From Eubacteriales bacterium (GTDB lineage Bacteria; Bacillota; Clostridia; Oscillospirales; CAG-382), in the NCBI GenBank assembly GCA_045643125.1, contig JAZUKE010000085.1, forward strand, positions 8,992 to 72,991: 64,000 bases of DNA, written 5' to 3'. How positions within the stretch are numbered: position 1 is the stretch's first letter; every line of letters starts with the position of its first letter. Of this stretch, positions 55,272 to 61,799 are shown piece after piece. The notes under the pieces are model-generated. The model was not told the DNA's origin and made no database searches. It was given only the letters and a program-made list of their open reading frames with translations. The translations under genes were made by a program, and so were the position numbers.

Positions 55272-56549
55272 ATGGAAATTTTACTCAGTATTTCAATAGC
55301 TTTGATGGCGGGGCTTTTCGTGTCCCGTATAACGAGAAAATTCGGGCTTCCCGACGTTACGGCGTACCTTATCGCGGGTATCCTCGTCGGCCCGTTCTGT
55401 CTCGGACTGTTCGGAGTTGACGGGCTCGGATTCACGTCGCTTGAAAAGGTCGAGTCCCTCGGTCTTATCTCCAACGTGGCGCTCGGCTTCATCGCCTTTG
55501 CGATGGGCAACGAATTCCGCATCAGCCAGCTCAAATCAATAGGCAGGCAGGCGACGGTCGTTGCCGTGTTCCAGGCGCTCACCGCGACGCTGTTCGTCGA
55601 TATCGCGCTCATCGTTCTTCATTTCATAATCCCCGACGAGCTTACGATCGAAGCCGCGATAACGCTCGGCGCGATAGCCACCGCGACCGCTCCGGCGGCG
55701 ACGCTGATGGTAGTGCGTCAGTACAAGGCAAAAGGCCCGCCCACCGACATCCTGCTTCCGATCGTCGCACTTGACGACGCCGTGGGACTTGTGGTGTTCG
55801 CCGTTTCGTTCGGCATCGCGGAATCGCTGACTTCCGGCAGGATAAGCGTCATCGGTACGGTCGTCGAGCCGCTTATCGAAATCGCTTCATCGCTGCTTCT
55901 CGGTTTCGTTATGGGACAGCTTTTCACGTTTTCCGAAAGGTTCTTCCATTCAAATTCAAAGCGTCTTTCGATCTCGATAACCTACGTTTTCCTCACCGTT
56001 GCGCTCTCTATGCTCGAATTTGAGATAGGCAGCGTGAGAATAGGCTTCTCTCCCCTGCTCGTGTGTATGATGCTCGGAACGGTGTTCTGCAACGAATGCG
56101 ACTTTTCCGAGGAGCTTATGGAAAGGTGCGACAAATGGACGCATCCGCTGTTTGCGCTTTTCTTCGTCATAAGCGGTGCCGAGCTTGAGCTGAACGTGCT
56201 TGCGAAAGCCGCGGTAGTGGGCATCGGTTTGGTTTACATAATCTCGCGCTGTGCCGGCAAATATTTTGGTGCGCGTGTTTCGTCCGGCTTTATGGGCTGC
56301 TCGCCTACGATACGCAAGTACCTCGGCATAACGCTTTTCCCGCAGGCAGGCGTTGCGCTCGGTATGACGATAACCGCGCAGAATCTTCCCGGCAGCGGCT
56401 CGCTGATCCGCAACATAGTGCTTTTCTCGGTGCTGGTGTATGAGATCGTCGGCCCCGCGCTCACGAAGATGTCGCTGAAAAAAGCAGGCGAGATCTCTCC
56501 CCGCCCGGAATATGTGCCGAAAAAGGGAAAGACGGAAAAAGGACAGTAA
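55272..56549 (+). CDS. Cation:proton antiporter (CPA2/Kef-type)
   Basis: 425 aa and polytopic. N-terminus KFGLPDVTAYLIAGILVGP. Confidence 0.85.
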   Translation: MEILLSISIALMAGLFVSRITRKFGLPDVTAYLIAGILVGPFCLGLFGVDGLGFTSLEKVESLGLISNVALGFIAFAMGNEFRISQLKSIGRQATVVAVFQALTATLFVDIALIVLHFIIPDELTIEAAITLGAIATATAPAATLMVVRQYKAKGPPTDILLPIVALDDAVGLVVFAVSFGIAESLTSGRISVIGTVVEPLIEIASSLLLGFVMGQLFTFSERFFHSNSKRLSISITYVFLTVALSMLEFEIGSVRIGFSPLLVCMMLGTVFCNECDFSEELMERCDKWTHPLFALFFVISGAELELNVLAKAAVVGIGLVYIISRCAGKYFGARVSSGFMGCSPTIRKYLGITLFPQAGVALGMTITAQNLPGSGSLIRNIVLFSVLVYEIVGPALTKMSLKKAGEISPRPEYVPKKGKTEKGQ

Positions 56550-56780
56550 GTTTTCAGTTTTCAGTTTTCAGTTTTCAGAAGAATGGAAAAATGACAGCTT
56601 TTTGCGGCTGTCATTTTCTTTATATTCTTTCCAATCGAAGAAATTATTTTCACGCTTCCGCGTGAAAATAATCACCTCAATGTTGCGAAGCAACATATCA
56701 TATCGCAGCGCGATATATCATACGCCGCAGGCGTATATCATATTGCCTTAAGGCAATATATCATTTCGCGTCAGCGATAA
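56550..56780. repeat. Second full copy of the heptamer/hairpin-train repeat (includes the antiporter terminator)
   Basis: (GTTTTCA)x4 at 56550-56577. Terminator AAAATGACAGC-(8 nt)-GCTGTCATTTT at 56587-56617. The same ordered hairpins as at 1990-2192 follow. Confidence 0.85.
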
Positions 56781-57872
56781 TCAGTCCGCGAGCGGATATT
56801 TGTCAGGTCTCATCGTATGGCGAAGGAGATGCACCGCATCGTCGGTATCGGTATTGCCGTCGCCGTTCATATCGCCGCTTTGCTCCAAAGGGTACCGCAG
56901 CGGACGCATCGTGTGGCGGAGAAGGTACGCCGCATCGGACGCATTGACGGCTCTGTCGCCGTTGACGTCGCCGCGGATATACAGACGCCTCATATAGGTC
57001 ATCGAAGCGTACCCCTCGATACCGTTATATTCGACGTGCGCCCACTTCCCGTTTGCCTTCGTCACCTTGAAGATCCCGTCCGCGGGAATACTGCCGAGAG
57101 CGGCAAAAGACGTCCCGTGCCCCGAACGTATCGTCAGCGTGCCGGACACGTTGTCGGTGGTGTAAACTCCGGCGTATTTCTCCACACAGCCGCATTTTTC
57201 GCGGTCTGCGTAAGCCGAAATATGTACCGGTGAGTTTCTGACGTCGGAGTCGTTGAAATATATCTTGTGCTTGCGGATGTAATTGTGTCCGTAGGTGCCG
57301 TATTCCCAGTTGGAGTCAAGCACGTTCACGCCGTCCGAATCCACCGAAATTACTATCGCCGAATGGTTGAGCGACGATTTGTAAGCGGTCGTGTCCCACC
57401 TGAGGTTGTCCCCGATATGGGCGTGATCCTTCATTTCCTCATAGTTGAATCTGTACGTCCCGACGGGCTCAAGGGCAACGACGGAATCGACGCTTTCCGC
57501 GAAAATGTACCACGACGCAAACTCCGCGAAAGCGTAGCACGACCATCCGTCGGAATCGAATCCGCTTGTGTGGGGCGGATATTGACGGATATCCGTTTCG
57601 CCGAATTCTTCGATGAACCACGACGATCTGATTACCTTTGAAAGACGGCACTTTTCGCATACGCTGTTCCCGCAGTCGGAGCAGTCGGTGGTGAAGCGTT
57701 TGCCGCGCAGTTTAGAAAACAGCTCGTCGATACGTTCAAGGATCTCGTCGTCGGTGTAAACGTGCGTCTCCTGCGCGTCGTTTTTTGCTTTTTCTTTCGC
57801 CGCCTGCGGCATCAGCACGAAAAGCGGCAGCAGAGAGAGCGCAAGAAAGAACGGCAGTATTTTCTTTTTCAT
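56781..57872 (-). CDS. Secreted dockerin-bearing protein with a papain-like (CHAP/NlpC-type) domain and an SH3b domain
   Basis: Signal peptide. Cys/His candidates (DGWSCYAFAEF, LNHSAIVISV). SH3b-like GTLTIRSGHGTSFAALGSIP...WAHVEYNGIEGYA. Duplicated dockerin F-hand segments (DVNGDRAVNASDAAYLLRH and DMNGDGNTDTDDAVHLLRH). Confidence 0.7.
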   Translation of the reverse strand: MKKKILPFFLALSLLPLFVLMPQAAKEKAKNDAQETHVYTDDEILERIDELFSKLRGKRFTTDCSDCGNSVCEKCRLSKVIRSSWFIEEFGETDIRQYPPHTSGFDSDGWSCYAFAEFASWYIFAESVDSVVALEPVGTYRFNYEEMKDHAHIGDNLRWDTTAYKSSLNHSAIVISVDSDGVNVLDSNWEYGTYGHNYIRKHKIYFNDSDVRNSPVHISAYADREKCGCVEKYAGVYTTDNVSGTLTIRSGHGTSFAALGSIPADGIFKVTKANGKWAHVEYNGIEGYASMTYMRRLYIRGDVNGDRAVNASDAAYLLRHTMRPLRYPLEQSGDMNGDGNTDTDDAVHLLRHTMRPDKYPLAD

Positions 57873-57875
57873 AAT

Positions 57876-58910
57876 TCAGTCAACGTAGCCTTTGAGGACT
57901 TTGAGCGTGTTGAACACGCCGTCGATGTGGCTTCTTTCGTAGCCGTGGCTTGCGTAAACGCCGGAGCCGATAAGCCCGTGGCGGATATCGCTGCCCGCTT
58001 TGAGCGTGGCTTCAACGTCGGAGGAATAGTGCGGGTAAACGTCGAGCGCGTAGTCGGCGCCCTCTTTCTTTGCCGCGTCTATCAGCTTGGTAACGACGTC
58101 GTAGCTGTACGGGCCGCCCGAGTCCTTGACGCAGATGGAGACCTGCTTTTCGGTGCAGTTGAGTCCGTCGCCGACGCAGCCCATATCGACGCTTATCGCC
58201 TCGGTAACGCCGTCCGGCAGAGACGCCGAGCCGCCGTGACCGACTTCCTCGTACACGGTGACGTGGACGTACACCTTTCTTTCGGGGGCGATGCCGTTGT
58301 CGCGCAGATATTTTGCGTAGGCAAGCAGTATGCCGACGGAGAGCTTGTCGTCGAGGAAGCGGCTTTTTATGTAGCCGGACGAGGTGACGCGCGTCCTCGG
58401 CTCGAAGCACACGATGTCGCCGACCTCGATCCCGAGGGAGCGGGTGTCGGAAGCGGACTTCACGTCCTCGTCAAGCACGACCTCGGTGGTACCAAATGTC
58501 CTCTGCGTGGAGGAATAGTCGTCGTTGACGTGAACTGACGCATTCTTTATCTGGAGCGTGCCTTCGTAAACCTTGCCGCCGCGAGTGTAAACGCGGACGT
58601 TTTCGGTCTCGCCGTTTTCGGCTTTCATACCGCCGAGAGGCGTGACGCGGAGCCTGCCGTTTGATTTCACCTCGGCGACCATCGCGCCGAGCGTGTCGGT
58701 GTGGGCTTCGAGAAGCAGACCGTCGTTTTCGTCTTTTCCTCCGAGATATGCGAGAACTCCGCCCTTGCGGGTATATTCCGCTTTGAAGCCGAAGGACTCA
58801 AACTGCGTTTTCACCCATTCGGCAGCGGCAGCGGTGTAGCCCGACGGACTGTCTATGGCGAGCAGCTCCTTTGTTTTCTCGACGGCGTAAAGCGCGTATT
58901 CTTTTTTCAT
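57876..58910 (-). CDS. M42 family metallopeptidase (glutamyl aminopeptidase/FrvX-like)
   Basis: 344 aa (LLAIDSPSGYT..., LEAHTDTLG, YEEVGHGG). Confidence 0.85.
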   Translation of the reverse strand: MKKEYALYAVEKTKELLAIDSPSGYTAAAAEWVKTQFESFGFKAEYTRKGGVLAYLGGKDENDGLLLEAHTDTLGAMVAEVKSNGRLRVTPLGGMKAENGETENVRVYTRGGKVYEGTLQIKNASVHVNDDYSSTQRTFGTTEVVLDEDVKSASDTRSLGIEVGDIVCFEPRTRVTSSGYIKSRFLDDKLSVGILLAYAKYLRDNGIAPERKVYVHVTVYEEVGHGGSASLPDGVTEAISVDMGCVGDGLNCTEKQVSICVKDSGGPYSYDVVTKLIDAAKKEGADYALDVYPHYSSDVEATLKAGSDIRHGLIGSGVYASHGYERSHIDGVFNTLKVLKGYVD

Positions 58911-58995
58911 ATAACATCATTCCTTTGTTTTTTGTCTTTTTTTCATTATATCATCATATATTCTTCAAGTCAATCCGATTTTTGGGAAAAAACGC

Positions 58996-59024
58996 TTGAC
59001 AACGCGGACGGAAAATGCTATACT
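58996..59024 (+). promoter_or_regulatory. Strong sigma-A-type promoter candidate for the tRNA-like gene
   Basis: TTGACA (58996-59001), 17 nt, TATACT (59019-59024). The -10 element ends 24 nt before tRNA position 1. Confidence 0.6.
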
Positions 59025-59048
59025 GCACGCGTTAGATAAAATAACGAT

Positions 59049-59124
59049 GGGGGCGTAGCACAGTTGGGAGAGGGATGGGTCCGCAACGCATAGGTCAAGG
59101 GTTCGAGCCCCTCCGTCTCCACCA
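59049..59124 (+). tRNA. tRNA-Ala-like gene (anticodon CGC by position) with several non-canonical features
   Basis: 76 nt with encoded CCA. Acceptor GGGGGCG/CGTCTCC includes G3:U70. T-loop TTCGAGC and variable loop AGGTC. Against it: the D-stem has 2 mismatches (GCAC/GAGG), the anticodon stem has a G:G, 49:65 is A:C, and position 33 is C rather than U. Confidence 0.6.
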
Positions 59125-59159
59125 AACAAAAACGCCGAAAGGCGTTTTTTGTTTGGTGG
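59119..59159 (+). terminator. Long hairpin/terminator that includes the tRNA 3' CCA end
   Basis: CCACCAAACAAAAACGCC-gaaa-GGCGTTTTTTGTTTGGTGG. This is 18 bp with one bulged T. The core is CGCC-gaaa-GGCG plus a T-run. Confidence 0.6.
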
Positions 59160-59328
59160 AATGAAGTCGCCCTTGCGGGCTAATGAAGGAATGAAGACGC
59201 TTCGCTAATGAAGAAATGAAATGAGAGACCGGGAGAAACGCGGGCGACTTCGCTTCATGCGAACGAAGTGAGCGCTTCATAGAAACCGTAAGGTTTCTGC
59301 TTCATGTTTGCGAAGCAAACGCTTCATT
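59151..59328. repeat. Direct repeat DR1 (GCTTCAT-spaced hairpin train)
   Basis: 178 nt, more than 90% identical by eye to 61515-61694. It begins inside the right arm of the tRNA terminator. Confidence 0.9.
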
Positions 59329-59339
59329 CCCTTTTTCCC

Positions 59340-59368
59340 TTGAAATCCTGCAAAAAATATGCTATACT
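59340..59368 (+). promoter_or_regulatory. Sigma-A-type promoter candidate for the LRR gene
   Basis: TTGAAA (59340-59345), 17 nt, TATACT (59363-59368). Confidence 0.5.
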
Positions 59369-59467
59369 GAAGTATCAAATCAAAAAATCGAAAAAAATCA
59401 CGAAAAACAGTTTACCTTTTTCGTTTTCATTCGTATAAAGAGATAAAGACATATAAAGGAGCGATTT

Positions 59468-61477
59468 ATGATGAAAAAAATTGCAAGTTTGCTCTTAACG
59501 GTGGTTCTGCTTGCCGCCATGCTGACCGTGTTTGCCGTGCCGGCGAGTGCAGAGGAAACGTATGCGGCACAAGGGCTATGCGGTAGTGACGGCGAAGTTC
59601 ACTGGGGGCTGAGCAAGGACTACGAAACCCTGACCATTTGGGGGAACGGCAATATGAAGAATTATGCCAAGGATGAAGCGCCGTGGTATGAATATAACGC
59701 ATACAATACGGTAAAGCATCTCAAGGTGGGTATCAAAGAAACGGACAACATCACCCGAATCGGCAGTTATGCGTTTGCGTACTTTTATTATTTAGAAACG
59801 ATCGAACTCGGCGATGATATCGAAATGATCGAAGATTACGCTTTTTACTATGCAGGCTATTATACCGAAAACGCCAAAATTGATCTTGTAATTCCCTCTA
59901 CGGTTTTTTACATCGGACAATATGCGTTCTCCAAAACGTTTGGTCTGAAAAATGTATATATCAAGTCGGATTATGCAGCCATTCGAGCCTTTGCAAAAAA
60001 TAACAGTTTTCCAACTGTTCAGGGAAAAAATGTTACCGGCAAGGAAATTTATATTGAAAAGGGAGCGTTTTACGACTGCGAAAACATGGAAACACTGGCA
60101 ATCGGCAGCTTCAAAAAGAGTGAGAACAAGAATGTTCACATCGGGATATATGCGTTTGATTACTGCTATAAGTTGAGGACGATCTATTTCTCCGATTCTC
60201 TTGCCTCAATTTCGGAAGACTCATTTTACGATTGCACGGTGTTGGAGACGGTTTACTATTTCGGAGAACAAGACAATTTTCCGAGAGATCAGGTATCGGG
60301 AAAGAACAACCCGCGTCTGGACAGAGCGGTCAACTATCGGATATGTATGCCTTATATCGACACATACAAGCACGATGCCAACTACCATTGGATTAACAAC
60401 ACTGCAGGAATACCGCTGTACTACGATGAAGGAAAAAAACCGCACAACTTTATCGAGGCAGTGGATGATAAATACAAGGTAGAGGGCAGCTATGTGCGGT
60501 ATTACAAGAGCTGTGCTGTCTGCGGAAGGGCAGACAGTGAAACCTTTTCGACGTCGTATTTTGATATTCCCGGAATTATACGTTTGACCACCGAAACGAC
60601 TACTTTGGATACCGGCTGGTATATTGTTGACAGTCAGCTTGATTTCGGCAGTACCCGTTTGCAGATCAACGGGGACGTAAAGATCACGTTGCTTGACGGC
60701 TGCGGCATTACTACGTCCGGCGGTATCCATGTCAAAAATCACACAAAGCTTACCGTGTGCAGTGATTCGATAGACCTGTCAGAGAACAACAACATGGGTT
60801 ATATCAAGGTGACCGGCGCACCTGATGAAAGTGCCGGTATCGGAAGTGACAGCGAGGATGAGACGGACCTTAAAACCGGTGTGTTGGCGGTTCTCGACCT
60901 ATATAGAGGCGCCGGCGAAGTCATTATCTGCGGAGGAAACGTAGATGTGCGCGGTGGTTATAATGGAGCCGGGATCGGCAGCGGAGATATGGCCGGTCTT
61001 TTTGTCACAATTAACAACGGACGTGTGATTGCCCACGGAGGTTTTGACGGAGCCGGGATCGGCAGCGGAAACTGTGCTGTATCATATGTCACGATCAACG
61101 ACGGTTACGTTGAAGCACATGGCGGATATGAAGCTGCCGGTATAGGCTGCGGTGGAACAACTTTCGACATAGGAGGTTCTGCGGTCTATATAAAAGGCGG
61201 CACAGTCAAAGCATGGGGTGGAAATGGTTCTTACGCTATCGGCAACAGCAAAACAAATCATAAGTGTTCAGTTTCCTACAGTGGAAATGCTAAGGTAGAA
61301 GCCTACGACGACAAAAATGCATGGATGTTTGCTTCCGTCCTCTCCGAAGGCTACATTTGGATCGTCATTGCCGTTGCAGTTGTCGCTCTCGGCGGCGTTG
61401 CGGCACTCATTATAGTTAAAAAGAAGAAAAAGAAGCCCGCACTTGCAGGCGGCGCAGACAAAACAGACGGAGAATAA
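59468..61477 (+). CDS. Cell-surface leucine-rich-repeat (BspA-like) protein with a Gly-rich beta-helix-like region and a C-terminal TM anchor
   Basis: 669 aa. Signal peptide. BspA-type LRR motifs (IGSYAFAYFYYLETIELGDDIEMIEDYAF..., IGIYAFDYCYKLRTIYF). Repeats GGYNGAGIGSG / GGFDGAGIGSG / GGYEAAGIGCGG. Anchor IWIVIAVAVVALGGVAALIIV followed by KKKKKK. Confidence 0.8.
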   Translation: MMKKIASLLLTVVLLAAMLTVFAVPASAEETYAAQGLCGSDGEVHWGLSKDYETLTIWGNGNMKNYAKDEAPWYEYNAYNTVKHLKVGIKETDNITRIGSYAFAYFYYLETIELGDDIEMIEDYAFYYAGYYTENAKIDLVIPSTVFYIGQYAFSKTFGLKNVYIKSDYAAIRAFAKNNSFPTVQGKNVTGKEIYIEKGAFYDCENMETLAIGSFKKSENKNVHIGIYAFDYCYKLRTIYFSDSLASISEDSFYDCTVLETVYYFGEQDNFPRDQVSGKNNPRLDRAVNYRICMPYIDTYKHDANYHWINNTAGIPLYYDEGKKPHNFIEAVDDKYKVEGSYVRYYKSCAVCGRADSETFSTSYFDIPGIIRLTTETTTLDTGWYIVDSQLDFGSTRLQINGDVKITLLDGCGITTSGGIHVKNHTKLTVCSDSIDLSENNNMGYIKVTGAPDESAGIGSDSEDETDLKTGVLAVLDLYRGAGEVIICGGNVDVRGGYNGAGIGSGDMAGLFVTINNGRVIAHGGFDGAGIGSGNCAVSYVTINDGYVEAHGGYEAAGIGCGGTTFDIGGSAVYIKGGTVKAWGGNGSYAIGNSKTNHKCSVSYSGNAKVEAYDDKNAWMFASVLSEGYIWIVIAVAVVALGGVAALIIVKKKKKKPALAGGADKTDGE

Positions 61478-61514
61478 AAACGACTTTTTCGATTTCTTAC
61501 CTTGAATATACGAC

Positions 61515-61694
61515 GTTTGGTAGAATGAAGTCGCCCCTATACGGGGCTAATGAAGAATGAAGACGCTTCGCTAATGAAGAAATGAAATGAGAGAACTGGA
61601 GAAACGCGGGCGGCTTCGCTTCATGCGAACGAAGTGAGCGCTTCATAGAAACCGTAAGGTTTCTGCTTCATGTTTGCGAAGCAAACGCTTCATT
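61515..61694. repeat. Direct repeat DR2
   Basis: 180 nt, the partner of DR1. The differences include paired stem changes (GCCC-ttgc-GGGC versus GCCCC-tatac-GGGGC). Confidence 0.9.
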
Positions 61695-61799
61695 TCGCCC
61701 CGAAAAAACTTAAAAAACCGCAAAAAAAAATGCAGCAAAGAATGTAATATTTTCCTTCCTCACGGGGTATTGAAAGCGAAAAGGAAAGGGGCAGAAAAT

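Noticed and set aside
24582-59124. The T4SS-like array as a tRNA-integrated ICE.
   Set aside because: The only tRNA-like gene is 15 kb away, with housekeeping-type genes in between. I recognise no integrase, relaxase or flanking att-type repeat around the array, and its composition is close to that of the host.
59095-59280. 61-aa minus-strand ORF overlapping the tRNA-like gene and DR1.
   Set aside because: It lies across a tRNA, a terminator hairpin and a repeat. There is no RBS, and it is an artefact of the palindromic sequence.
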